DNA of 64,000 bases from Scyliorhinus canicula (lineage: Eukaryota). The position numbers and the translations under genes were made by a program. This document shows positions 38,690-53,600 of the stretch, in pieces. The DNA lies in assembly GCF_902713615.1 (NCBI RefSeq), contig NC_052154.1, forward strand, positions 81,075,072-81,139,071. Reading direction: 5' to 3'. The notes beneath the pieces are model-generated. The model saw nothing but the letters and a program-made list of their open reading frames with translations. It did not search any database and had not been told where the DNA came from. Within the stretch, counting starts at the first letter, position 1. Each line of letters opens with the position of its first letter.

Positions 38690-41600
38690 GCACAAAGAAT
38701 AAAGAACAAAGAAAAGTACAGCACAGCCCTCCAAGCCTGCACCGACCATGTTGCCCGTCTAAACTAAAATATTCTACCCTTCCGGGGTCCGTTTCCCTCT
38801 ATTCCCATCCTATTCATGTATTTGTCAAGATGCCCCTCAAATGTCACTGTCGTCCCAGCTTCCACCACCTCCTCCAGCAGCGATTTCTAGGCACCCGCTA
38901 CCCTCTGTGTGAAAAAGATGCCTTGTACATCTCCTCTAAGCCTCGCCCCTTGCACTTGAAACCTATGCCCCCTAGAAATTGACCCCTCTACCCTGGGAAA
39001 AGGTCTCTGACTATCCACTCTGTCTATAACCCTCATAATTTGGCAGACCTCAACCTCCTTCGTTCCAGTGAGAACAAACCGCGTTTATTCAACTTCTCCT
39101 CATAGCTAATGCCCTCCACACCAGGAAACATCCTGATAAATCTCTTCTGCACCCTCTCCAAAGTCTTCACATCCTTCTGGTGGTGTGGTGACCAGAATTA
39201 ACTCTAACCCTAACTATCCTCCAAGTGTGGCCTAACTAAGGTACAATACAGCTCCAACATGCCTTGCCAATTTTTATACTCAATGCCCCAGCCAATGAAG
39301 GCAAGCATGCCATATGCCTTCTTCAAAACGTCCTCCACCTGTGTTGCCCCTTTCAGTGACCTGTGGACCTGTACACCAAGATCTCTCTGACTGTCAATAC
39401 ACTTGAGGGTTCTACCATTCACTGTATATTCCTTACTTGTATTCGATCTTCCAAATGCATTATCTCACATTTGCCGGATTAAACTCCATCTGTCATCTCG
39501 CCGCATAAGTCTCCAAATGATCTAAATCCTGCTGTATCCTCTGACAGTGCTAATCGCTATTCGCAATTCCACCAACCTTTGTGTCGTCCGCAAACTTACT
39601 AATCAGACCAGTTACATTTTCCTCCAAATCATTGTTATATACTATGAACAGCAAAGGTCCCAGCACTGATCCCTGTGGAACACAACTAGTCACAGCCTTC
39701 CAATCAGAAAAGCATCCTTCCATTGCTACTCTCTGCCTTCTATGACCTAGCCAGTTCTTTTTTTTAAATTATTTTTATTGATGCATTTGGAAAATTGTTA
39801 TAACAGTAACAAACAAAACCATAATAACATAAACATAAACATGATAAACTAGACATTTCCCACCCAACCCCTTCTGTACATCCCTTAACCATATTGCACC
39901 TATCCACACCCCCCCCCCCCCCCCACCCCTTCAGGATGCTGCTTCTGCTGACATTTTAATTGTCCCAGAGAAAGTCAATGAACGGCTGCCACCTCTGGGA
40001 GAACCCCAACATTGCCCCCTTCAAGGCAAACTTTATTTTCTCCAGCTTGAGAAAACCAGCCATGACACTGACCCAAGTTTCCACACTTGGGGTCTTCGAG
40101 TCCCTCCACATTAACAGGATCCGTCTCCGGGCTACCAGGGAGGAAAAGGCCAGAACGTTGGTCTTTTTCACTCCCTGAACTCCCAGGTCTTCTGACCCTC
40201 CAAAGATCGCTATCTCTGGACTCATCACCACCCGCGTACCTAGCACCTTGGACATTGCCTTGGCAAACCCCTGCCAGAATCCTCCAGGCTTCGGGCATGC
40301 CCAGAACACATCAACATGGTTTGCTGGGTTTCCCGCACACCTTGCACATCTACCTTCTACCCCAAAAAATGTGCTCATCCTCGCCGCCGTCATGTGGGCC
40401 CGGTGTACCACCTTAAACTGTATTAGACTGAGCCTGGCACATGTTGACGAGGAATTAACCCTGCTTAGGGTGTCCGCACACAGACCCACCTCTAACTCCC
40501 CACCAAGCTCCTCCTCCCACTTGCCGTTCAGTTCCACCACCGCCTCCGCCTCCAACAACTCCTGTTAGATATCCAACAGTTTCCCCTCCCCCACCCAGGT
40601 ACCGGCCACTACTCTGTCCTGTATCCTCCGTGGCGGGATCAGCGGGAAAGCCAACACCTGTTTCCTCAGAATGTACTGGACTTGTAAATATCTGAAAACA
40701 GTCCCCAACGGCAGCTTGAACTTATCCTCCAGCGCCTTCAGACTGGGAAAACTCCCGTCTATGAATAGATCTCCCATCCGTCTAATTCCTGCTCTCTGCC
40801 AACTTCAGAACCTGCCATCTATCCTGCCTGGCGCGAACCTGTGGTTATTGCAAACCGGGTTCCAGACTGACGCACCCTCCACCTTCCTATACCTCCTTCA
40901 TTACCCCCAGATCCTCAATGCCGCCACTACCACTGGGCTAGTGGTGTAACAGGCTGGCAAGAATGGCAGAGGTGCCGTTACCAGTGCTGCCAAATTGGTG
41001 CTTTTGCATGACTCTGCCTCCATCCGCTCCAATGCCAACCCCTCCCCTATTATCCACTTCCTAATCCACTGCTCAGCAGTAGTTGCAGAAGTTCGGCAGC
41101 GCCAGCCCACCCTCCCCCCAACTGTGCTCCAACAACATTTTCTTCACCCATACAAAGCCCAAAATAATCTTGTTTACCCGCTTGAAAAAGGCCTTAGGGA
41201 TGAAGATGGTGAGGCACTGGAAGATAAACAAAAGTCTGGGGAGCATCGTCATTTTCACGGTCTGCACCCTCCCCGGCAGCGATAGTGGGAGCATATCCCA
41301 TCTTTTAAATTCCCCCTCCATTTGCTCCACCAGCCGGGTTAGGTTGAGCCTGTGTAATGCCTCCCATTTCCGAGGCAGCTGCATTGGCAAGTACCGAAAG
41401 CTCCTCTCTACCATCTTGAGCGGCAGCTCCTTCAGTCTCCTCTCCTGCCCCTTTGCGTGGATCATGAACAATTCATTTTTTCTAATGTTCAATTTGTACC
41501 CTGAGAACCTGCCAAATTCCCCCAAGATCTGCATAATCTCCCCCAACCCCTCCACCGGGTCCGAGATGTAGAAGAACAGATCGTTTGCATACAGCGAAAC

Positions 41601-44600
41601 CCGGTGCTCCACCCCACCCCAAACCAGCTCCTGCCACTTCCTTGATGCTCTCAGCGCCATGGCCAGCGGCTCTATAGCCAAAGCAAACAGCAATGAGGAG
41701 AGGTGGCACCCCTGCCTCATCCCTCGGTGTAGCTTAAAGTACCATGACCTGAGCCGATTTGTGCACACACTTGCTATCGCCGCCTGGTAGAGCAATTGCA
41801 CCCAGTCGATGAAGCCCTCACCAAACCCTAACCTTCCCAGCATCTCCCAAAGATGCTGCCACTCCATCCGATCAAAAGCCTTCTGCGTGTCCACCGCAAC
41901 CACCACCTCCGCCTCCTCTCCTTCTGAGGGCATCATAATTACATTCAAAAGCTCCGAACGTTAGCATTGAGCTGTCTACACTTAATGAATCTGGTTTGGT
42001 CCTCCCCTATCACCCCTGGGACACAGTCTTCTATCCTAGTGGCCAAAATTTAAGCCAACAGCTTGGCATCTACATTCAAAAGTGAGATCTTCCTATATGA
42101 CCTACATTGCTCCGGGTCTTTTTCTCGCTTAAGGATGAGCGAAATCGAGGCCTGCGACATCGTTGGGGGGGGGGGGGGGGGCGGAGGATTGCCCTCTCTT
42201 TAGCCTCATTAAAGGTTCTCATCAGTAGCAGGCACAATACCTCTGAGAACTTCTTATAAAATTCTACCGGGTAACTGTCCATCCCCGGAGCCTTGCCCGA
42301 CTGCATGCCCTCCAGACCTTTAACAATTTCCTCTGCTTCAATCGGGGGCCCCAGCCCCTCGACCAGGTCCTCCTCCACCCTCGGAAACCTCAACTGATCC
42401 AGGAACTTACTCATCCTTTCTACACCCAGCGGGGATTCCGACTCATATAGTTTGCTCTAAAATTCTTTAAAAACGTCATTCACCGCCCCCCCGCCCCCCC
42501 CCCCCCCCCCCCGGGTCCAAGACCATATTACCCTCCCTATTCCTCACTCCCCCAATCTCTCTGGCCACTTCTCTCTTCCTAAGCTGGTGCGCCAACATCC
42601 TGCTCGCCTTTTCCCCATACTCGTAGACCATCTCCCTTGCCCTCCTCAACTGCTCCACCACCCTCCCGTGGTCAACAACTCAAACTCAACGTGTAGTTTC
42701 CGACACTCCCTCAAGAGGCCCGCGTCCGGAGCCTCCGCATATCTCCTATCCACGCGAAGTATCTTCTCCACTAATCTCTCCCTCTCTGCTCGTTCTACCT
42801 TTTCTCTGTGGGACCGAATCGAAATTAGTTCCTCTCTTACAACTGCTTTCAGAGCCTCCCTGCTGATACCTCACCCGTATCGTTTGTATCCAGGTAATTC
42901 TGAATGGACTCACCTGCCTGCAGACTGCTTCCTCCGCTAACAGCCCCACATCCAGCCTCCAGAGCAGGCACTGTCCTCTCTCCTCACTCAACCGCAAATC
43001 CACCCAATGCGGGGCATGATCAGAGAATGCAATCAACGAATATTCTGTCCCCACCACCTTCGGAATTAGTGCCCTATTGGAACAAAATAATCAGTGCAAG
43101 AGTAACTTTTATGGACATGAGAAAAATACGAAAACTCCTTCTCCCTCAGCCGCTCGAATCTCCACGGGTCTACCGCCGCCCCCCACCCCCCTTGCTCCAT
43201 GAAAGCCCTAAACTCCTCTGCCGTGGCAGGTCTCCTTCCGGTCCTGGATGTTGACCGGTCCAGATCAAGATTAATGACCGTGTTAAAGTCCCCCCATGCT
43301 CAATCCATGAGACTCTACGTCTGGGATCTTGCCTAACAGCAGTCTCATAAATCCCACATCGTCCCAGTTCGGAGCATATACGTTTACAAGCACCACCCGC
43401 ACACCGTCCTGCTTCCCACTCACCATAATATATCTACACCCCCTTATCTGCCACAATTCTTCCAGCCTCAAACGCCACCCGCTTGCTAATCAATGTAGCT
43501 ACCCCCCTGGTCTTTGAGTCCAGTCCAGAGTGAAACACCTGACCAACCCGCCCTTTTCCCAATCTCGTCTGATCAATAATCTTTAGATGTGTCGCCTGAA
43601 GCATTGCTATCTCTGCCCTCAGCCTTGCTCAGGTCCAGCGTTTCCTTTTTCAGCTCAGTGAAACAGTCCTTAAAGAGCTTCATCTGCTGCTCTTTAGACC
43701 ACTGAGCCACCACTCCCTGGTCCTGACCCTCAGCCATGCTGCACCGCGATACCAGCTCCGACTGCTTCACTCTATCAGGGCTGAGTCTTTTCACATGGCC
43801 ACTTCTAGTCCAATTAGCCATACACCGGAGAGGGAATCCTTCTTAATATTGTACACTTCACAGATCTATCCCATAAAGTCCGAGAAAGGTCTGGAAAATA
43901 AGTCCAAAAGTCAGTTTCAGGTGGGAGCTATCGAATGTGTGACCTACTCCTCCATGAGCGCCACCGGAAGTCCGACCTAGTTAGTTCTGCATCCATCTAG
44001 CCAGCTCACTCCTGACAACATCCACTACCCTACCTGCACATCTTTGTGACCTCCTCGAAAATCTCTATCAAGCTAGTGAGACACGACCTCCCCTTCACAA
44101 ACCATGCTGCCTCTCGCTAATATGACCGCTTGCTTCCAAATGGGAGTAGATCCTGTCTCAAAGAATTCTTTCCAGTAATTTCCCTACCACTGACGTAAGG
44201 CTTACCGGCCTGTAGTTCCCTGGATTATCCTTGATACCCTTCTTAAACAAAGGAACAATATTGGCTATTTTCCAGTCCTCCGGGACATCATCTGAAGACA
44301 GTGAGGATCCAAAGATTTCCGTCAATGCCTCAGCAATTTCCTCTCTTGCCTCCTTCAGTATTCTGGGGTATATCCCATCAGGCCCTGGGGAGTTATCCAC
44401 CTTAATATTTTTCAAGACGCCCAACACCTCATTTTTTTGGATCTCAATGTGACCCAGGCCATCTGCACACCCTTCTCCAGACTCAACTTCCACCAATTCC
44501 TTCTCTTTGGTGAATACTGATTCATTTAGTACCCCGCCCATTTCCTCAGCCTCCACACATAGACTCCCTCCCCTGTCCTTCAGTGGGCCAACTCTTTCCC

Positions 44601-45230
44601 TGGCTACGCTCTTGCTTTTTATGTATGTGTAAAAAGCCTTGAGATTTTCCTTAACCCTATTTGCTACTGACTTTTCGTGACCCGTCCAAGCCCCTAGCAC
44701 GAAGTGAGTCCCAGTCAATATTGGGGAAGTTAAAGTCTCCCATCACAGCAACCTTGTTGCTTTTAATCCTTTCCAAAATCTGTCTACCTATCTGCTCCTC
44801 TATCTCCAGCTAGCTGTTGGGAGGCCTGTAGTAAACTCCCAACATTGTGACTGCACCCTTCTTATTCCTGATCTCTACACATATAGCCTCACTGCCCTCT
44901 GAGGTGTCCTCCCGCAGTACAGCTGTAATATTCTCCCTAACCAGTCGCGCAACCCCTGCACCCCTTTTACCTCCCCCTCTAGCCCACCTGAAACATCTAA
45001 ATCCTGGAATGTTTAACTGTCAATCCTGTCCTTCCCTCAACCAGGTCCTGTAATGGCAACAACATCATAGTTCCAAGTACTAATCCAAGCTCTAAGTTCA
45101 TCTGCCTTAACTGTTATACTTCGTGAATTAAAACAAATGCACTTCAGGCCACGAGTCCCGCTGTTTTCAGCAACATCTCCCTGTCTGCTCTTCCTCAGAG
45201 CCATAGTGGCCCTATTTCCTAGTTGTACCT
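38690..45230 (-). mobile_element. CR1 LINE (EN-RT-tail) split by an L1 insertion; pieces 38690-39758 and 43974-45230
   Basis: (ACAAAGA)-type tail at 38690, RPHLED, KFADDTK-like segment, PGPDGIYPRIL and NYRPVSLTSVVGKLLE. Confidence 0.88.
39759..43973 (-). mobile_element. L1-clade LINE with intact 5' terminus, most of ORF1 deleted, 15-bp TSD
   Basis: TSD gacctagccagttct / gacctagttagttct (39744-39758, 43974-43988). 5' end ggacttccggtggcgc. EN VNVYAPN and SDHAP, RT DTQKAFDR / GMRQGC / YANDL, C-terminal CARC...H.FWACP, poly(A). Confidence 0.92.
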
Positions 45231-45239
45231 CAAAGGCCA

Positions 45240-46720
45240 GAGGTTCTTCACAGTAATATCAGCGAAATTGTGCCAAACGTTGATAAGCTCTTCCGCAGAT
45301 GAATGAATCAAAATCCTGACATGATCATACTCACAGGACTAGATCTACTTGCCGATGTTTCATACACTTCCAGCACCATTCCCATGAATATACTTTCCCA
45401 CTATCAGTGCGAACGCACTAATGTTGGCAGTACAGTGGTAGAGTGGAGCGGGAGTAGGTCTTAGGTTCTTTATTATTGAGTCTGGACCCAAAGATGACTT
45501 ATGGCATTAGATCACACTTGGGCAAGAAAATATCCTGCAATACCAGCAACCCTCGGTTGATTCATGAATCATCCTCCAGATTGAAAGTAACTAGGAGGAA
45601 ACATTGAGGTCTGCAAATGCAGACAATATCTTTCGGTAGGACAATTCAATGTTCATCAACAAGAGCAGCTGGAGAGCTTCATTATTGAATGAGATCTCTG
45701 AGACTTGAAGGACATAGTTGCCAGGCGTGACTTGTGGCATGTGGTGCAATAAACAACAAAATAAACAGCCTACTCGATCCCTCCTTCATTCATGATTCAT
45801 GTAGAGATGCATCAATTCAGATTAGAATTGTTATTGCACAGTACATGTTAGGCGAAAGTCTCATCTTCCATTGTCTTGTTTAAGTAGCAAGAGTGTGCAC
45901 GATAAGGTAAATTCAGAAGCATAGCCTGTGGTTTCATGATCCACCATATCCCTCATTGTTGCACGCCAGGAGAGCAATCCTGTTTCAGTGAGTAGCATAC
46001 TACAGCATCCAAGATGTTCCTAGAACTGAGATGCAAACGTCGTGAATCTGTACAACAAGCTATGCGTGTATTGGGCAATTGAATCAGCACGGTGTGGCCT
46101 TAGATAAACGATGGCCATAAGCAATCTATTGATAAAAGCTCTGCGGGACATCCACATTGGATCGTGAGTGATTTCGCTCAACCAAAAGCGAACGGAAATT
46201 AACAATGAACTATCCACACTGAGGTGGAAGCCAACAGTTGAGTGCAAAAGTCGAGGCTGTGGCATCAACATCTTTTCCAGTCAGAAATGTCAACTGGATG
46301 ATCCATCTTGGCTTCCTCCAGCCTTCTCCACGGTCACACCAGTTAGTCCTCATCCAATTTAATTCACTCAATATGACATCATGTAATGGTTGAGCCAACT
46401 GGATACCTAAGCGGCCAATAACATCTTCACTGTGCTGCTGAAGAAAGTATTTCAAAATAGGCACATATCTATCCAAGATGTTTCAGTACAGTTACAACAG
46501 CAACATCGACCCAGCAAAGGGCACAAATCGCACAGGCATATCTTTTCCTCGAAAAATAGGGAATTCTGATCGAGCTAGCCATTCCCCATCTGTCTCCGCT
46601 GAATTATCATGAAGCTGATGGGAGATGAGTTCTAACACCACTCGCCTTGATTCAAACAGTGAACAAAAGCTGAATTCCGGAGCTGAGTGCAAGTTCGAGG
46701 CATTATTTGGACGAGCGTGA
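45240..46720 (+). mobile_element. Heavily decayed CR1/L2-supergroup LINE (EN to RT); a further piece lies at about 47560-47700
   Basis: PDMIILT-like start, FNVHQ-like segment, LDT*AANNIFTVLLK-like segment, and TRAGQRLGFL in the downstream piece. Confidence 0.55.
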
Positions 46721-46857
46721 AATCTAAGGACCCAACCTAAGTTGATGCACTAGGATGGAAAAAATCTCCAATGGCTGGAGTCATGCCTGACTCGCGAAAA
46801 TATCGCTGCGGTCGCTAAAAGCCCATCATCGCAGCCCCGAACATGTTTGTGCCCTAG

Positions 46858-47160
46858 CATCCATACAGTGCAGAAGATGGCCATTCGGCCCATCGAGTCT
46901 ACGCCGATCCTCTGAAAGAGCACCCTATCTATACCCATGCCCCTGCCCTACCACTGCAACCCCATCTAACCTTTTGGGCAATTTAGCATATCCAATCCAC
47001 CTAACCTGCACATCTTTGGACTGCGGCAGGAAACTGGAGCACTCAGAGGAAATCCACGCAGAAACGGGGAGAACGTTAAAAGTCCACACAGTCACCTGAG
47101 GTCGGAACTGAACTCATGTTCGTTGTGCTGTGAGGCAGCAGTGCTAACCACCATGCCACC
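46858..47160 (-). mobile_element. HE1-like V-SINE with CR1-type tail
   Basis: Homologous to 15180-15502. Confidence 0.8.
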
Positions 47161-49348
47161 GTCTGATTGCGAAACATGGTCATCTCCTTGATCAGTGACT
47201 GCAGCTTTTCCACGAGCACCTTTGTCAAGATAAATATAATGGGCAAGGAATGGTGGACCTGCCACATGTCATATCCCATCAATGAATAAGAATAATTGAA
47301 AAACTTAGCAATCACAGGATCAGAAGTGCGGATGTTTGATAACAATTGCATCATGTTGTGTTCCCAAATTACTAGAACATTATGTAGTCCGTGCCCACAT
47401 GCAACCTGTATTGGACAATATTTAGGTTTGCTACAATTTCCAAACAATAACCATTTCCAACAAGAGAGAGAGAGCGTAACATTTTCTTTTTTCACAATCA
47501 ACAGCCTCACCCTCGCTAAGCTTTTTCCGATCAAGATTTGGACTTCCGTCAGTGACCGGAACCTGAACGGGACATGTCAGGCAGCCACTATGATGACAAG
47601 AGCAGGCCAGAGGCTTGGTTTCCTGTTGCCAGTGGTTCAAACCCTGTCTTTCCAAAAATGTAAACCACCTAGATGTAGTTAAAGTGTATGATAAATGCTT
47701 ACCCGGAAATAGAGAGTCGGTAGCAGGAGTGGAACTGAGAGGAAGAGGGAACGGGAAAAGATAAAAAGAGTATATCATTTACCTGGAAAGCAACATTGGA
47801 CTTGAGAGGAAGTGGATGCAGCTGGTGGAAAAGAAATCAATACCCAAACTCGGGTCCTACGAGTTATCTGGAGAGGGACGGTCGGCAGCAGGAGGAATAT
47901 GCTCCAGCTTCAAAAAGTTAAAAACAAAAAAAATGTAACTTTACAAGAAATCCATAATTTGAATCATTGGTGAGTTGCAGCTTTCATTCCCTCTCTGCGC
48001 TACCTGAGAATTCCAAGGCTTTTTTCCACATACAGTAAAGCCACAGATGGGCTCCTGCTCCATGTCTTGGAGGTTGAGTTACACCTGACGTCATTGTGAT
48101 CCATCTGCGGTTATGCATTATTCATTGCAACCATGTTTGAGGAGTGATTGCCTCTCAGTTTAAGTGCGTGCAGACAGAGAGAGCCTGGGTACGTGTCAGT
48201 TAGCCAAAAATAAACAAACCGATTAATTAGGTGGGCCGAGGTAGGGGGATCTTTCGGAGATTAGTGCATACTCGGTTGGCCGAATGCTCCCCTTCGACAT
48301 TTTAGGGATTCTATGGACGAGAAATCTCAAGTGAGCAATAGTTACAGGAGAGGAAGGCGTTTCCATGTTATCGGAAGTGATTCAAGGATGTATTGCTTTG
48401 CTAGTGCCTGTTCATGATCTCACTAAACGGATACAGAACCTTCTGAGGGGCAGGGTGAGCAAGCAGAGATCATGTTCCACAGTGATACCAAGAATATAAA
48501 AAGAAAGAAGGATTGCCAATCCCCAGACACATTTTGAGTTGGTACCCAAGAGATGATCAATAATATATTAAATTATCCCGTCACTTACTTAGAGTAGTAA
48601 TCGCCAGATTGCAACTCTCGGTGCATTTGCCCGCGTTTGCAATCCAAAGGTACTGTCTCTCCCTACCTTGTTGTCTCAGTCTGCGGGATCCAGTAGCAGC
48701 ATAGAGCCACCAGCCCCCCCCCCCCCCCCCCCTCCTTCGCGGCTGCATCCGCGTGGACTCGCAGGGAAGAAAGACATGCCCTTTTTAATGATATTTGCTG
48801 CCGTAAAGGAGTTAACAGGGACAATTTAGGGGGAGAAGGTAGGTCTCAAAGGTAAGTGGTCCTGTCAATCGGGATGGGTGAGGTGGGGCGGGGAGGTGGT
48901 GGGGGAAGACCGAGAAGAAGTGGGGACGTGCCGGTCGGGGGTGCTGGTTGAGGGAGCAGGACTGTATGGGGCGGATGTCGGGCCAGAAGTGGGTGGCGGT
49001 CCGCGAAGGGGGGCTGGAGCAGAAAGGATATCGACTGGAGCGGGAGTCAGACCAGAAGGGAGATCAGTCCAGGAGGTGCGCCATTTGACCGGGGGAAGGA
49101 GGGGCTTGGAACGGGAGCAGGAGTCTGGCAGGGAGGGGGAGGGGTTCTATCGGAGGTGGGGGGGGGGGGGGGGATGCCAGATTCGAGTGGATGGGTTCGT
49201 ACAGGAGGAGGGTGTGAGTCTAGGGGTGGGACCGGACCCAGAGGGATGGTTGGACCGGGTAGGGGACAGATTCAAGGAGGACATCAGAGTGGGAGGAAGG
49301 TGGCCAGCCACTGGAGGGATGGGGGTTGGACGGGAAGGAGGGTTACAT

Positions 49349-50008
49349 AGCAACATAAGAACATAAGAACTAGGAGCAGGTTGAGGCCATCTGGCCCTAC
49401 GAGCCTGCACCGCCATTCAATGAGATCATGGCTGCTCTTTTTTGGACTCAGCTCCACTTTCCAGCCTGAACACCATAACCCTTAATCCCTTTATTCTTCA
49501 AAAAAAAACTACCTATCTTTATCTTTAAACCATTTAATAATGGAGCCTCTACTGCTTCACTGGGCAAGGAATTCCACAGATTCACAACCCTCTGGGTGAA
49601 GAAGTTCCTCCTAAACTCAGTCCTAAATCTACTTCCCCTTATTTTGAGGCTATGCCCCCTCGTTCTGCTGTCACCCGCCAGTGGAAACAACCTGCCCGCA
49701 TCTATCCTATCTATTCCCTTCATAATTTTATATGTTTCTATAAGATCCCCCCTCGTCCTTCTAAATTCCAACGAGTACAGTCCTAGTCTTCTCAACCTCT
49801 CCTCGTAATCCAACCCCTTCAGCTCTGGGATTAACCTAGTGAATCTCCTCTGCACACCCTCCAGTGCCAGTACGTCCTTTCTCAAGTAAGGAGACCAAAA
49901 CTGAGCATAATACTCCTGGTGTGGCCTCACTAACACTTTATACAGTTGCAGCATAACGTCCCTAGTCTTAAACACCATCCCTTTAGCAATGAAGGACAGA
50001 ATTCCATT
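49349..50008 (-). mobile_element. 5'-truncated copy of the young CR1 family
   Basis: (ATAAGAAC)n tail; translation nearly identical to the 3' ends of 31530-36095 and 56629-61828. Confidence 0.92.
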
Positions 50009-50619
50009 TGCGTGTGAATCTCTCAGAGGGATTGCCCAGCAGATCATTGGCGTACCCCTAATTGCGACTCTGGGGCACCAGGACGCTCTGGGTTGATGTG
50101 AGAACTACTCCATCCGCCATGCATTAGTGATACAAAAATAAAAGAATAGAACGGGTGTACACATTGCTGGAGAGCTAGTGTAGGTGGGAGAATTTTGAAT
50201 TCTTGGGCCATGTGGATCCTTTCTTGGGAAGCTATTATTTATACATGCTGGATATATTGCATTTTAACAGGGCCAAGGCCGACACAACGGTTATTGCGAG
50301 TAGTTCTGTGAGTACTGTTCGTACAGGGGCTGAGAAGGGGGAGGTACCGGTCCGGGTGGAGGCAGCCATCATGGAGTTCTGCACTTGCTAGGCATGGAGA
50401 AGAGAAGTTGAGTGTAGATTAAGAAGTTGGAAAACAAGCAACAGAGGTTTGAAGGCAGACTAAATAAAGGTTGGAAAATTGCTTTCCAAATATCTGTTTT
50501 TGCTTATTGCTAGATGTCTAAATGCAGGAAAAATAGTGAATAACTATATAAACTGCTCTTGCAGCCATATTGCTTATTTAGTTTGTCCAGTTAACTTCTG
50601 GTCAATGAGGCACATTGGA

Positions 50620-53600
50620 AACAGACCCAGATAATGTCAACAGAAGCTTTGAAGCCTTTTATAAAGGGGTGCACTGAGAGCCCCCAACAGGGGACTAGGG
50701 GATGAAACAGTTCCTCGACGGACTGGACATGCCAGTTGTGGGGAGGACAGAAAATGGGGCTTGGATACACCACTAGAACTGGGAGATATCATGGAGAGTA
50801 TTAGCCCCATGCAGGGGTTGGGGGGTGGGGGGGTGGGGGGGGGGGGTGGCGCTGGGACCAGATTGGTTCCAGGCGGACTTCTACAAAAGATTTGCAGCAG
50901 CATTGCCCCTGTACCTGCGGCAGATGTTCACAGACTCGCTGGCTGGGGGCACACTGCCACCTACACTAGCACAGGCCTCAATCTCGCTGATACCTAAGAA
51001 AGACAAGCACCCAATGGAATGTGGGTCAGACAGACCCATCTCACTACTAAACATAGATGCCAAAATACTCGCCATGATCCCAGCCAAAAGGCTGGAGAAC
51101 TGCTTTCCAGAGGTGGTCGCAGAGGACCAGACGGGCTTTGTCAAAGTTAGACAACTAACATCGAAGATCAGGTGCCTGCTGAACATGATCATGACTCCAT
51201 CCGGGGAGAGAACACCAGAGGTGATCTTCTCCCTGGATGCAGAAAAGGCCTTCAACAGAGTCGAGTGGAAGTACCTCATAGAGGCACTGGAGCGGTTCAG
51301 GCTTGGAACAGGGTTCACCTCCCAAGTGAAGCTCCAGTACAAGACTCCCATGGTGAGCATATGGACAAACAATACTAGCTCGCAGTACCTCCAGCTGCAC
51401 AGGGGCACCAGGCAGGGATGTCCACTGTCTCCGTTGCTGTTCACCCTAGCGATCGAACCACTGGCAATCACTCTCAGAACAGCAAAAAACTGGAGGGGAT
51501 TGAAAGGGGAGGTAAAGAGTACAGAGTCTCACTGGGGTTCCAAATCACTCTTGACTTGGCGAGGAAGTCAAAAAGGACCTGCAAGGATGGAACACAATTC
51601 CACTCACTCTCGCGTGGAGAGGGCAGACGATCAAAATGAATGTGCTGCCCAGGTACCTCTTCTTACTTAGATCCATCCCGATCTATATCGTCAAAGCCAT
51701 TTTCAACTCACTGGACAAGTTAATCATGGCTTTTGATGGGGGTGGAGAGGCGGGGGCGGGGAGGAATGCTAGGATCCAAAAGAATGTCCTACAGAAAACA
51801 AAGTCCAGGGGAGGGATTAAGGAGCCAGAAGCAGAGTGGGTGTGCGCAGAGGATGCCTCCTGCAGAGGGACCTCGCTCTGGGCCTTTGGCATGGCGGCAC
51901 TCCCATACCCACCCAAAAAACACCCCAGCAGCCCAGTGGTGTTAGCCACCCTCCAGAATTGGGAACCAATTATGGCAATATTTCAGCCTGACCGAAATGT
52001 CTGTCAAAGCCCCCATCTGCAACAACTATAGGTTCGCACCAGTCCTCACTGACATCACCTTTAAAAGGTGGAGACAGGACGGGGGGGGGACACTGACAGT
52101 TAGGGACAAATACACCATCGGCAGGATCACAACACTGGATGAGCTGACGGAAAGATTGCAGCTAGCTAAGGGCAACAAACTCAGATACCTGCAGCTTAAA
52201 AACTTCCTACAAAAGGAGACAAGGGCGTACCCACGACCCCCACGACAGGTGCTACTAGAGGAATTGCTGGATGCAAACATTCTAGGTAGAGGATACTGTA
52301 GTGACTTGTACGAACGACTAGTAGAGAGGGCCTGGACCCAACGAGGAGGAAATGGGACGAAGACTTGGGGCTCGCAATAGGGTGGGGACTTTGGCACGAA
52401 GCACTACATAGAGTCAACTCCAGCTCCGCCTGCACAAGACTCAACCTAACGCAACAAAAGAAGGTACATAGAGCCCACTTAACAAGAACCTGAATGAGTA
52501 GGTCTTCCCGGAGGTGGAGGACAGATGTGAACGGTGGCAAGGCGGCCCGGCCAACCATGCCCACATGTTCTGGTCTTGCCCCAGACTTCCTGGATACTGG
52601 ACTGCCTTCTTCGAGGCAATGTCCAATGTGGTGGGGATGAGGGTGGAGCCGTGTCCGAAAGTGGTGGTCTTCAGGGTACCAGACCAGCCAGACCTCTTCA
52701 TGGGGAGGAGGGTGGACGTCCATGCCTTTACCTCCCTGATCGCCCGCCTTAGAATCCTGCTGGGCTGGTAGTCGTCAGCTGCAGACTGGCTGTCTGACCT
52801 TTTGGAATTTCTCTAAATGGAGAAAATCAAGTTTGCCTTCCGGGGGTCAGAAGATTGCTTTCTCAGAAATGGGAGCCATTCACCAAACTGTTCCGCCGCC
52901 TGTTCATGGCCAACGAGCAAAACAAATAGAGAAACAAGTAGCCAAGAGCAAGGGAAAGTAGCCAAGACATGAGAGAAGTGAGGGAAGGGAGGGAGGACCC
53001 GGGGGGGGGGGGTGGGGGGGAGGGGGTTGGGAGCAGTCTAAGAGGAGGTAGCCAAACACAGCTGAAAAGAAAGAGGAGCTGCAGAGAGGGGGTGGGGGTA
53101 GGGGTGAGGAGGGAGGAAAGGGGGCAAGGGGGGCAGGGAAGAGTGAAGGACAAGGGGAGGAGAACAGTAGAGGGGAGCCAGAGGGGAGCAAAGATGGGGG
53201 AACACAAACTGTAAGGAGAACACTGTAAGAGAAACTACATCGACCACAACAAACATAGCAGGGCAAAAGAGAGTAAGAAAGTGCAGGAGGAAGGAATGGC
53301 AGACAGCCAATGCGGAGGCAAGCGCACAAAAACAAAAGTAATCCGACTGGGAGAAGGAAGGGCTACTCAGGCGCTCCTCCCACCTAGTCTTGTTTTCCTT
53401 GTTCTGTATGTATTTTTTATGGACAATAAACAAACAGAAAAGAAGGGAGAGAGAAAGCTCCCCCCCCCCCCCACCCCCATGACATATATAATGGAATGTT
53501 CTCTTCGTTGCTTTTCTGTATATACTCCTCCACTGTTTTTATTTTACCACCCCTTGGTTTTTTTGTTGTATAGTGTTCTTGTTATTTCTTTTTGGTTTCT

